Shown here one piece after another: positions 42,566-56,900 of a stretch of 64,000 bases of DNA (position 1 is its first letter; every line of letters begins with the position of its first letter). The DNA comes from Eledone cirrhosa (Eukaryota), in contig OZ024752.1 in assembly GCA_964016885.1 (NCBI GenBank), forward strand, positions 27,528,001 through 27,592,000, in the 5' to 3' direction. A program made the translations under genes and the position numbers. A model generated the notes under the pieces. The model saw only the letters and a program-made list of their open reading frames with translations, was not told where the DNA came from and ran no database searches.

Positions 42566-45500
42566 ACTTCTTTATCAACACACAAACTGTGCAACTAGTA
42601 CCAACTTCGGTTATCAACACACAAACTGAGGAACTAGTACCAACTACAGCTATCAACACACAATCTCTGGAACTAGTACCAGCTTCGTCTATCAACACAC
42701 AAACCGTGGAACTAGTACACACTTCGTGTATCAACACACAAACTGTGGAACTAGTACCAACTTCGGCTATCAACACACAAACTGTGGAACTAGTACCAAC
42801 TTCTTCTATCAACACACAAACTGTGGAACTAGTACCAACTTCGGCTATCAACACACAAACTGTGGACCTAGTACCAACTTCGTCTATCAACACACAAACT
42901 GTGGAACTAGTACCAACTTCGGCTATCAACACACAATCTGTGGAACTAGTACAAACTTCGGCTATCAACACACAAACTGTGGAACTAGTACCATCATCGG
43001 CTATCAACACACAAACTGTGGAACTAGTACCAACTGCGGCTATCAACACACAATCTGTGGAACTAATACCAACTTCGGCTATCGACACACAAACTGTGGA
43101 ACTAGTACCAACTTCGTCTATCAACACACAAACTGTGGAACTAGTACCAACTGCGGCTATCAACACACAAACTGTGGAACTAGTACCAACTTCGGCTATC
43201 AACACACAAACTGTGGAACTAGTACCAACTGCGGCTATCAACACACAAACTGTGGAACTAGTACCAACTTCGGCTATCAACACACAAACTGTGGAACTAG
43301 TACCAACTACGGCTATCAACACACAATCTGTGGAACTAGTACCAACTTCGGCTATCAACACACAAACTGTGGAACTAGTACCAACTTCGGCTATCAACAC
43401 ACAAACTGTGGAACTAGTACCAACTGCGGCTATCAACACACAAACTGTGGAACTAGTACCAACTGCGGCTATCAACACACAAACTGTGGAACTAGTACCA
43501 ACTGCGGCTATCAACACACAAACTGTGGAACTAGTACCAACTTCGTCTATCAACACACAAACTGTGGAACTAGTACCAACTACGGCTATCAACACACAAT
43601 CTGTGGAACTAGTACCAACTTCGGCTATCAACACACAAACTGTGGAACTAGTACCAACTTCGGCTATCAACACACAAACTGTGGAACTAGTACCAACTTA
43701 GGCTATCAACACACAAACTGTGGAACTAGTACCAACTACGGCTATCAACACACAAACTGTGGAACTAGTTCCAACTTCGGCTATCAACACACAAACTGTG
43801 GAACTAGTACCAACTACGGCTATCAACACACAAACTGTGGAACTAGTACCAACTTCGGCTATCAACACACGAACTGTGGAACTAGTACCAACTACGGCTA
43901 TCAACACACAAACTGTGGAACTAGTTCCAACTTCGGCTATCAACACACAAACTGTGGAACTAGTACCAACTTCGGCTATCAACACACAATCTGTGGAACT
44001 AGTACAAACTTCGGCTATCAACACACAAACTGTGGAACTAGTACCAACTTCGGCTATCAACACACAATCTGTGGAACTAGTACCAACTTCGGCTATCAAC
44101 ACACAAACTGTGGAACTATTTCCAACTTCGGCTATCAACACACAAACTGTGGAACTAGTATAAACTTCGGCTATCAACACACAAACTGTGGAACTAGTAC
44201 CAACTTCGGCTATCAACACACAAACTGTGGAACTAGTACCAACTTCTTCTATCAACACACAAACTGTGCAACTAGTACCAACTTCAGCTATCAACACACA
44301 AACTGTGGACCTAGTACCAACTTCGTCTATCAACACACAAACTGTGGAACTAGTACCAGCTTCGGCTATCAACAGACAAACTGTGGAACTAGTACCAAAT
44401 TCGGCTATCAACACACAAACTGTGGAACTAGTACCAACTTCTTTATCAACACACAAACTGTGCAACTAGTACCAACTTCGGTTATCAACACACAAACTGA
44501 GGAACTAGTACCAACTACAGCTATGAACACACAATCTCTGGAACTAGTACCAGCTTCGTCTATCAACACACAAACCGTGGAACTAGTACACACTTCGTGT
44601 ATCAACACACAAACTGTGGAACTAGTACCAACTTCGGCTATCAACACACAAACTGTGGAACTAGTACCAACTTCTTCTATCAACACACAAACTGTGCAAC
44701 TAGTACCAACTTCGGCTATCAACACACAAACTGTGGACCTAGTACCAACTTCGTCTATCAACACACAAACTGTGGAACTAGTACCAACTTCGGCTATCAA
44801 CACACAATCTGTGGAACTAGTACAAACTTCGGCTATCAACACACAAACTGTGGAACTAGTACCAACTTCGGCTATCAACACACAAACTGTGGAACTAGTA
44901 CCAACTGCGGCTATCAACACACAATCTGTGGAACTAATACCAACTTCGGCTATCGACACACAAACTGTGGAACTAGTACCAACTTCGTCTATCAACACAC
45001 AAACTGTGGAACTAGTACCAACTGCGGCTATCAACACACAAACTGTGGAACTAGTACCAACTTCGGCTATCAACACACAAACTGTGGAACTAGTACCAAC
45101 TGCGGCTATCAACACACAAACTGTGGAACTAGTACCAACTTCGGCTATCAACACACAAACTGTGGAACTAGTACCAACTACGGCTATCAACACACAATCT
45201 GTGGAACTAGTACCAACTTCGGCTATCAACACACAAACTGTGGAACTAGTACCAACTTCGGCTATCAACACACAAACTGTGGAACTAGTACCAACTGCGG
45301 CTATCAACACACAAACTGTGGAACTAGTACCAACTGCGGCTATCAACACACAAACTGTGGAACTAGTACCAACTGCGGCTATCAACACACAAACTGTGGA
45401 ACTAGTACCAACTTCTTCTATCAACACACAAACTGTGGAACTAGTACCAACTTCGGCTATCAACACACAAACTGTGGACCTAGTACCAACTTCGTCTATC

Positions 45501-48500
45501 AACACACAAACTGTGGAACTAGTACCAACTTCGGCTATCAACACACAATCTGTGGAACTAGTACAAACTTCGGCTATCAACACACAAACTGTGGAACTAG
45601 TACCATCATCGGCTATCAACACACAAACTGTGGAACTAGTACCAACTGCGGCTATCAACACACAATCTGTGGAACTAATACCAACTTCCGCTATCGACAC
45701 ACAAACTGTGGAACTAGTACCAACTTCGTCTATCAACACACAAACTGTGGAACTAGTACCAACTGCGGCTATCAACACACAAACTGTGGAACTAGTACCA
45801 ACTTCGGCTATCAACACACAAACTGTGGAACTAGTACCAACTGCGGCTATCAACACACAAACTGTGGAACTAGTACCAACTTCGGCTATCAACACACAAA
45901 CTGTGGAACTAGTACCAACTACGGCTATCAACACACAATCTGTGGAACTAGTACCAACTTCGGCTATCAACACACAAACTGTGGAACTAGTACCAACTTC
46001 GGCTATCAACACACAAACTGTGGAACTAGTACCAACTGCGGCTATCAACACACAAACTGTGGAACTAGTACCAACTGCGGCTATCAACACACAAACTGTG
46101 GAACTAGTACCAACTGCGGCTATCAACACACAAACTGTGGAACTAGTACCAACTTCGTCTATCAACACACAAACTGTGGAACTAGTACCAACTACGGCTA
46201 TCAACACACAATCTGTGGAACTAGTACCAACTTCGGCTATCAACACACAAACTGTGGAACTAGTACCAACTTCGGCTATCAACACACAAACTGTGGAACT
46301 AGTACCAACTTAGGCTATCAACACACAAACTGTGGAACTAGTACCAACTACGGCTATCAACACACAAACTGTGGAACTAGTTCCAACTTCGGCTATCAAC
46401 ACACAAACTGTGGAACTAGTACCAACTACGGCTATCAACACACAAACTGTGGAACTAGTACCAACTTCGGCTATCAACACACGAACTGTGGAACTAGTAC
46501 CAACTACGGCTATCAACACACAAACTGTGGAACTAGTTCCAACTTCGGCTATCAACACACAAACTGTGGAACTAGTACCAACTTCGGCTATCAACACACA
46601 ATCTGTGGAACTAGTACAAACTTCGGCTATCAACACACAAACTGTGGAACTAGTACCAACTTCGACTATCAACACACAATCTGTGGAACTAGTACCAACT
46701 TCGGCTATCAACACACAAACTGTGGAACTATTTCCAACTTCGGCTATCAACACACAAACTGTGGAACTAGTATAAACTTCGGCTATCAACACACAAACTG
46801 TGGAACTAGTACCAACTTCGGCTATCAACACACAAACTGTGGAACTAGTACCAACTTCTTCTATCAACACACAAACTGTGCAACTAGTACCAACTTCAGC
46901 TATCAACACACAAACTGTGGACCTAGTACCAACTTCGTCTATCAACACACAAACTGTGGAACTAGTACCAGCTTCGGCTATCAACAGACAAACTGTGGAA
47001 CTAGTACCAAATTCGGCTATCAACACACAAACTGTGGAACTAGTACCAACTTCTTTATCAACACACAAACTGTGCAACTAGTACCAACTTCGGTTATCAA
47101 CACACAAACTGAGGAACTAGTACCAACTACAGCTATGAACACACAATCTCTGGAACTAGTACCAGCTTCGTCTATCAACACACAAACCGTGGAACTAGTA
47201 CACACTTCGTGTATCAACACACAAACTGTGGAACTAGTACCAACTTCGGCTATCAACACACAAACTGTGGAACTAGTACCAACTTCTTCTATCAACACAC
47301 AAACTGTGCAACTAGTACCAACTTCGGCTATCAACACACAAACTGTGGACCTAGTACCAACTTCGTCTATCAACACACAAACTGTGGAACTAGTACCAAC
47401 TTCGGCTATCAACACACAATCTGTGGAACTAGTACAAACTTCGGCTATCAACACACAAACTGTGGAACTAGTACCAACTTCGGCTATCAACACACAAACT
47501 GTGGAACTAGTACCAACTGCGGCTATCAACACACAATCTGTGGAACTAATACCAACTTCGGCTATCGACACACAAACTGTGGAACTAGTACCAACTTCGT
47601 CTATCAACACACAAACTGTGGAACTAGTACCAACTGCGGCTATCAACACACAAACTGTGGAACTAGTACCAACTTCGGCTATCAACACACAAACTGTGGA
47701 ACTAGTACCAACTGCGGCTATCAACACACAAACTGTGGAACTAGTACCAACTTCGGCTATCAACACACAAACTGTGGAACTAGTACCAACTACGGCTATC
47801 AACACACAATCTGTGGAACTAGTACCAACTTCGGCTATCAACACACAAACTGTGGAACTAGTACCAACTTCGGCTATCAACACACAAACTGTGGAACTAG
47901 TACCAACTGCGGCTATCAACACACAAACTGTGGAACTAGTACCAACTGCGGCTATCAACACACAAACTGTGGAACTAGTACCAACTGCGGCTATCAACAC
48001 ACAAACTGTGGAACTAGTACCAACTTCGTCTATCAACACACAAACTGTGGAACTAGTACCAACTACGGCTATCAACACACAATCTGTGGAACTAGTACCA
48101 ACTGCGGCTATCAACACACAAACTGTGGAACTAGTACCAACTTCGGCTATCAACACACAAACTGTGGAACTAGTACCAACTTAGGCTATCAACACACAAA
48201 CTGTGGAACTAGTACCAACTACGGCTATCAACACAGAAACTGTGGAACTAGTTCCAACTTCGGCTATCAACACACAAACTGTGGAACTAGTACCAACTAC
48301 GGCTATCAACACACAATCTGTGGAACTAGTAGCAACTTCGGCTATCAACACACAAACTGTGGAACTAGTACAAACTTCGGCTATCACACACAAACTGTGG
48401 AACTAGTACCAGCTTCGGCTATCAACACACAAACTGTGGAACTAGTACCAACTTCTTCTATCAACACACAAACTGTGCAACTAGTACCAACTTCAGCTAT

Positions 48501-50969
48501 CAACACACAAACTGTGGACCTAGTACCAACTTCGTCTATCAACACACAAACTGTGGAACTAGTACCAGCTTCGGCTATCAACAGACAAACTGTGGAACTA
48601 GTACCAAATTCGGCTATCAACACACAAACTGTGGAACTAGTACCAACTTCTTTATCAACACACAAACTGTGCAACTAGTACCAACTTCGGTTATCAACAC
48701 ACAAACTGAGGAACTAGTACCAACTACAGCTATCAACACACAATCTCTGGAACTAGTACCAGCTTCGTCTATCAACACACAAACCGTGGAACTAGTACAC
48801 ACTTCGTGTATCAACACACAAACTGTGGAACTAGTACCAACTTCGGCTATCAACACACAAACTGTGGAATTAGTACCAACTTCTTCTATCAACACACAAA
48901 CTGTGGAACTAGTACCAACTTCGGCTATCAACACACAAACTGTGGACCTAGTACCAACTTCGTCTATCAACACACAAACTGTGGAACTAGTACCAACTTC
49001 GGCTATCAACACACAATCTGTGGAACTAGTACAAACTTCGGCTATCAACACACAAACTGTGGAACTAGTACCATCATCGGCTATCAACACACAAACTGTG
49101 GAACTAGTACCAACTGCGGCTATCAACACACAATCTGTGGAACTAATACCAACTTCGGCTATCGACACACAAACTGTGGAACTAGTACCAACTTCGTCTA
49201 TCAACACACAAACTGTGGAACTAGTACCAACTTCGGCTATCAACACACAAACTGTGGAACTAGTACCAACTGCGGCTATCAACACACAAACTGTGGAACT
49301 AGTACCAACTGCGGCTATCAACACACAATCTGTGGAACTAATACCAACTTCGGCTATCGACACACAAACTGTGGAACTAGTACCAACTTCGTCTATCAAC
49401 ACACAAACTGTGGAACTAGTACCAACTTCGGCTATCAACACACAAACTGTGGAACTAGTACCAACTGCGGCTATCAACACACAAACTGTGGAACTAGTAC
49501 CAACTTCGGCTATCAACACACAAACTGTGGAACTAGTACCAACTGCGGCTATCAACACACAAACTGTGGAACTAGTACCAACTTCGGCTATCAACACACA
49601 AACTGTGGAACTAGTACCAACTACGGCTATCAACACACAATCTGTGGAACTAGTACCAACTTCGGCTATCAACACACAAACTGTGGAACTAGTACCAACT
49701 TCGGCTATCAACACACAAACTGTGGAACTAGTACCAACTGCGGCTATCAACACACAAACTGTGGAACTAGTACCAACTGCGGCTATCAACACACAAACTG
49801 TGGAACTAGTACCAACTGCGGCTATCAACACACAAACTGTGGAACTAGTACCAACTTCGTCTATCAACACACAAACTGTGGAACTAGTACCAACTACGGC
49901 TATCAACACACAATCTGTGGAACTAGTACCAACTTCGGCTATCAACACACAAACTGTGGAACTAGTACCAACTTCGGCTATCAACACACAAACTGTGGAA
50001 CTAGTACCAACTTAGGCTATCAACACACAAACTGTGGAACTAGTACCAACTACGGCTATCAACACACAAACTGTGGAACTAGTTCCAACTTCGGCTATCA
50101 ACACACAAACTGTGGAACTAGTACCAACTACGGCTATCAACACACAAACTGTGGAACTAGTACCAACTTCGGCTATCAACACACGAACTGTGGAACTAGT
50201 ACCAACTACGGCTATCAACACACAAACTGTGGAACTAGTTCCAACTTCGGCTATCAACACACAAACTGTGGAACTAGTACCAACTTCGGCTATCAACACA
50301 CAAACTGTGGAACTAGTACCAACTTCGGCTATCAACACACAATCTGTGGAACTAGTACCAACTTCGGCTATCAACACACAAACTGTGGAACTAGTACCAA
50401 CTACGGCTTTCAACACACAAACTGTGGAACTAGTACCAACTTCGGCTATCAACACACAAACTGTGGAACTAGTACCAACTACGGCTATCAACACACAAAC
50501 TGTGGAACTAGTACCAACTTCGGCTATCAACACACAAACTGTGGAACTAGTACCAACTACGGCTATCAACACACAAACTGTGGAACTAGTTCCAAGTTCG
50601 GCTATCAACACACAAACTGTGGAACTAGTAGCAACTTCGGCTATCAACACACAAATTGTGGAACTAGTACCAACTTCCGCTATCAACACACAAACTGTGG
50701 AACTAGTACCAACTTCGGCTATCAACACACAATCTGTGGAACTAGTACAAACTTCGGCTATCAACACACAAACTGTGGAACTAGTACCAACTTCGGCTAT
50801 CAACACACAATCTGTGGAACTAGTACCAACTTCGGCTATCAACACACAAACTGTGGAACTATTTCCAACTTCGGCTATCAACACACAAACTGTGGAACTA
50901 GTATAAACTTCGGCTATCAACACACAAACTGTGGAACTAGTACCAACTTCGGCTATCAACACACAAACT

Positions 50970-53900
50970 GTGGAACTAGTACCAACTGCGGCTATCAACA
51001 CACAATCTGTGGAACTAATACCAACTTCGGCTATCAACACACAAACTGTGGAACTAGTACCAACTTAGGCTATCAACACACAAACTGTGGAACTAGTACC
51101 AACTTCGGCTATCAACACACAAACTGTGGAACTAGTACCAACTTCGGCTATCAACACACCAACTGTCGAACTAGTACCAACTACGGCTATCAACACACCA
51201 ACTGTGGAACTAGTACCAACTACGGCTATCAACACACAAACTGTGGAACTAGTACCAACTTCGTCAATCAACACACAAACTGTGGAACTAGTACCAACTT
51301 CGTCTATCAACACACAAACTGTGGAACTAGTTCCAACTTCGTCTATCAACACACAAACTGTGGAACTAGTACCAACTTCGTCTATCAACACACCAACTGT
51401 GGAACTAGTACCAACTACGGCTATCAACACACCAACTGTGGAACTAGTACCAACTACGGCTATCAACACACCAACTGTGGAACTAGTACCAACTTCGGCT
51501 ATCAACACACCAACTGTGGAACTAGTACCAACTTCGTCTATCAACACACCAACTGTGGAACTAGTACCAACTTCGTCTATCAACACACAAACTGTGGAAC
51601 TAGTACCAACTACGGCTATCAACACACCAACTGTGGAACTAGTACCAACTTCGTATATCAACACACAAACTGTGGAACTAGTACCAACTACGGCTATCAA
51701 CAAACAAACTGTGGAACTAGTACCAACTTCGGCTATCAACACACAAACTGTGGAACTAGTACCAACTGCGGCTATCAACACACAATCTGTGGAACTAATA
51801 CCAACTTCGGCTATCAACACACAAACTGTGGAACTAGTACCAACTTCCGCTATCAACACACAAACTGTGGAACTAGTACCAACTACGGCTATCAACACAC
51901 AAACTGTGGAACTAGTTCCAACTTCGGCTATCAACACACAAACTGTGGAACTAGTACCAACTTCGGCTATCAACACACAAACTGTGGAACTAGTACCAAC
52001 TTCGGCTATCAACACACAAACTGTGGAACTAGTATAAACTTCGTCTATCAACACACAAACTGTGGAACTAGTACCAACTTCGGCTATCAACACACAAACT
52101 GTGGAACTAGTATAAACTTCGGCTATCAACACACAAACTGTGGAACTAGTACCAACTTCGGCTATCAACACACAAACTGTGGAACTAGTACCAACTTCTT
52201 CTATCAACACACAAATTGTGGAACTAGTACCAACTTCGTGTATCAACACAGAAACTGTGGAACTAGTACCGACTTCGGCTATCAACACACAAACTGTGGA
52301 ACTAGTATAAACTTCGTCTATCAACACACAAACTGTGGAACTAGTACCAACTTCGGCTATCAACACACAAACTGTGGAACTAGTATAAACTTCGTCTATC
52401 AACACACAAACTGTGGAACTAGTACCAACTTCGGCTATCAACACACAAACTGTGGAACTAGTATAAACTTCGGCTATCAACACACAAACTGTGGAACTAG
52501 TACCAACTTCGGCTATCAACACACAAACTGTGGAACTAGTACAAACTTCGGCTGTCAACACACAAATTGTAGAACTAGTACCAACTTCGGCTATCAACAC
52601 AGAAACTGTGGAACTAGTACCAACTTCGTCTATCAACACACAAACTGTGGAACTAGTACCAACTTCGTCTATCAACACACAAACTGTGGAACTAGTACCA
52701 ACTTCTTCTATCAACACACAAATTGTGGAACTAGTACCAACTTCGTGTATCAACACAGAAACTGTGGAACTAGTACCGACTTCGGCTATCAACACACAAA
52801 CTGTGGAACTAGTACCGACTTCGACTATCAACACACAAACTGTGGAACTAGTACCAACTTCTTCTATCAACACACACACTGTGGAACTAGTACCAACTTC
52901 TTCTATCAACACACAATCTGTGGAACTAGTACCAACTTCGGCTATCAACACACAAACTGTGGAACTAGTACCAACTTCGGCTATCAACACACAAACTGTG
53001 GAACTAGTACCAACTTAGGCTATCAACACACAAACTGTGGAACTAGTACCAACTACGGCTATCAACACACAAACTGTGGAACTAGTTCCAACTTCGGCTA
53101 TCAACACACAAACTGTGGAACTAGTACCAACTACGGCTATCAACACACAAACTGTGGAACTAGTACCAACTTCGGCTATCAACACACGAACTGTGGAACT
53201 AGTACCAACTACGGCTATCAACACACAAACTGTGGAACTAGTTCCAACTTCGGCTATCAACACACAAACTGTGGAACTAGTACCAACTTCGGCTATCAAC
53301 ACACAAACTGTGGAACTAGTACCAACTTCGGCTATCAACACACAATCTGTGGAACTAGTACCAACTTCGGCTATCAACACACAAACTGTGGAACTAGTAC
53401 CAACTACGGCTTTCAACACACAAACTGTGGAACTAGTACCAACTTCGGCTATCAACACACAAACTGTGGAACTAGTACCAACTACGGCTATCAACACACA
53501 AACTGTGGAACTAGTACCAACTTCGGCTATCAACACACAAACTGTGGAACTAGTACCAACTACGGCTATCAACACACAAACTGTGGAACTAGTTCCAAGT
53601 TCGGCTATCAACACACAAACTGTGGAACTAGTAGCAACTTCGGCTATCAACACACAAATTGTGGAACTAGTACCAACTTCCGCTATCAACACACAAACTG
53701 TGGAACTAGTACCAACTTCGGCTATCAACACACAATCTGTGGAACTAGTACAAACTTCGGCTATCAACACACAAACTGTGGAACTAGTACCAACTTCGGC
53801 TATCAACACACAATCTGTGGAACTAGTACCAACTTCGGCTATCAACACACAAACTGTGGAACTATTTCCAACTTCGGCTATCAACACACAAACTGTGGAA

Positions 53901-56900
53901 CTAGTATAAACTTCGGCTATCAACACACAAACTGTGGAACTAGTACCAACTTCGGCTATCAACACACAAACTGTGGAACTAGTACCAACTTCTTCTATCA
54001 ACACACAAACTGTGCAACTAGTACCAACTTCAGCTATCAACACACAAACTGTGGACCTAGTACCAACTTCGTCTATCAACACACAAACTGTGGAACTAGT
54101 ACCAGCTTCGGCTATCAACAGACAAACTGTGGAACTAGTACCAAATTCGGCTATCAACACACAAACTGTGGAACTAGTACCAACTTCTTTATCAACACAC
54201 AAACTGTGCAACTAGTACCAACTTCGGTTATCAACACACAAACTGAGGAACTAGTACCAACTACAGCTATGAACACACAATCTCTGGAACTAGTACCAGC
54301 TTCGTCTATCAACACACAAACCGTGGAACTAGTACACACTTCGTGTATCAACACACAAACTGTGGAACTAGTACCAACTTCGGATATCAACACACAAACT
54401 GTGGAACTAGTACCAACTTCTTCTATCAACACACAAACTGTGCAACTAGTACCAACTTCGGCTATCAACACACAAACTGTGGACCTAGTACCAACTTCGT
54501 CTATCAACACACAAACTGTGGAACTAGTACCAACTTCGGCTATCAACACACAATCTGTGGAACTAGTACAAACTTCGGCTATCAACACACAAACTGTGGA
54601 ACTAGTACCAACTTCGGCTATCAACACACAAACTGTGGAACTAGTACCAACTGCGGCTATCAACACACAATCTGTGGAACTAATACCAACTTCGGCTATC
54701 GACACACAAACTGTGGAACTAGTACCAACTTCGTCTATCAACACACAAACTGTGGAACTAGTACCAACTGCGGCTATCAACACACAAACTGTGGAACTAG
54801 TACCAACTTCGGCTATCAACACACAAACTGTGGAACTAGTACCAACTGCGGCTATCAACACACAATCTGTGGAACTAATACCAACTTCGGCTATCAACAC
54901 ACAAACTGTGGAACTAGTACCAACTTAGGCTATCAACACACAAACTGTGGAACTAGTACCAACTTCGGCTATCAACACACAAACTGTGGAACTAGTACCA
55001 ACTTCGGCTATCAACACACCAACTGTCGAACTAGTACCAACTACGGCTATCAACACACCAACTGTGGAACTAGTACCAACTACGGCTATCAACACACAAA
55101 CTGTGGAACTAGTACCAACTTCGTCAATCAACACACAAACTGTGGAACTAGTACCAACTTCGTCTATCAACACACAAACTGTGGAACTAGTTCCAACTTC
55201 GTCTATCAACACACAAACTGTGGAACTAGTACCAACTTCGTCTATCAACACACCAACTGTGGAACTAGTACCAACTACGGCTATCAACACACCAACTGTG
55301 GAACTAGTACCAACTACGGCTATCAACACACCAACTGTGGAACTAGTACCAACTTCGGCTATCAACACACGAACTGTGGAACTAGTACCAACTACGGCTA
55401 TCAACACACAAACTGTGGAACTAGTTCCAACTTCGGCTATCAACACACAAACTGTGGAACTAGTACCAACTTCGGCTATCAACACACAAACTGTGGAACT
55501 AGTACCAACTTCGGCTATCAACACACAATCTGTGGAACTAGTACCAACTTCGGCTATCAACACACAAACTGTGGAACTAGTACCAACTACGGCTTTCAAC
55601 ACACAAACTGTGGAACTAGTACCAACTTCGGCTATCAACACACAAACTGTGGAACTAGTACCAACTACGGCTATCAACACACAAACTGTGGAACTAGTAC
55701 CAACTTCGGCTATCAACACACAAACTGTGGAACTAGTACCAACTACGGCTATCAACACACAAACTGTGGAACTAGTTCCAAGTTCGGCTATCAACACACA
55801 AACTGTGGAACTAGTAGCAACTTCGGCTATCAACACACAAATTGTGGAACTAGTACCAACTTCCGCTATCAACACACAAACTGTAGAACTAGTACCAACT
55901 TCGGCTATCAACACACAATCTGTGGAACTAGTACAAACTTCGGCTATCAACACACAAACTGTGGAACTAGTACCAACTTCGGCTATCAACACACAATCTG
56001 TGGAACTAGTACCAACTTCGGCTATCAACACACAAACTGTGGAACTATTTCCAACTTCGGCTATCAACACACAAACTGTGGAACTAGTATAAACTTCGGC
56101 TATCAACACACAAACTGTGGAACTAGTACCAACTTCGGCTATCAACACACAAACTGTGGAACTAGTACCAACTTCTTCTATCAACACACAAACTGTGCAA
56201 CTAGTACCAACTTCAGCTATCAACACACAAACTGTGGACCTAGTACCAACTTCGTCTATCAACACACAAACTGTGGAACTAGTACCAGCTTCGGCTATCA
56301 ACAGACAAACTGTGGAACTAGTACCAAATTCGGCTATCAACACACAAACTGTGGAACTAGTACCAACTTCTTTATCAACACACAAACTGTGCAACTAGTA
56401 CCAACTTCGGTTATCAACACACAATCTCTGGAACTAGTACCAACTACAGCTATGAACACACAATCTCTGGAACTAGTACCAGCTTCGTCTATCAACACAC
56501 AAACCGTGGAACTAGTACACACTTCGTGTATCAACACACAAACTGTGGAACTAGTACCAACTTCGGATATCAACACACAAACTGTGGAACTAGTACCAAC
56601 TTCTTCTATCAACACACAAACTGTGCAACTAGTACCAACTTCGGCTATCAACACACAAACTGTGGACCTAGTACCAACTTCGTCTATCAACACACAAACT
56701 GTGGAACTAGTACCAACTTCGGCTATCAACACACAATCTGTGGAACTAGTACAAACTTCGGCTATCAACACACAAACTGTGGAACTAGTACCAACTTCGG
56801 CTATCAACACACAAACTGTGGAACTAGTACCAACTGCGGCTATCAACACACAATCTGTGGAACTAATACCAACTTCGGCTATCGACACACAAACTGTGGA

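Noticed and set aside
48806-54928. 2040-aa ORF and the other long CGTSTNFGYQHTN / VELVPTSAINTQT ORFs as protein-coding genes
   Set aside because: They are pure repeat translations. Starts are incidental GTG/ATG codons, there is no signal peptide or unique domain, overlapping ORFs exist in three frames, and they switch repeat frame at indels.
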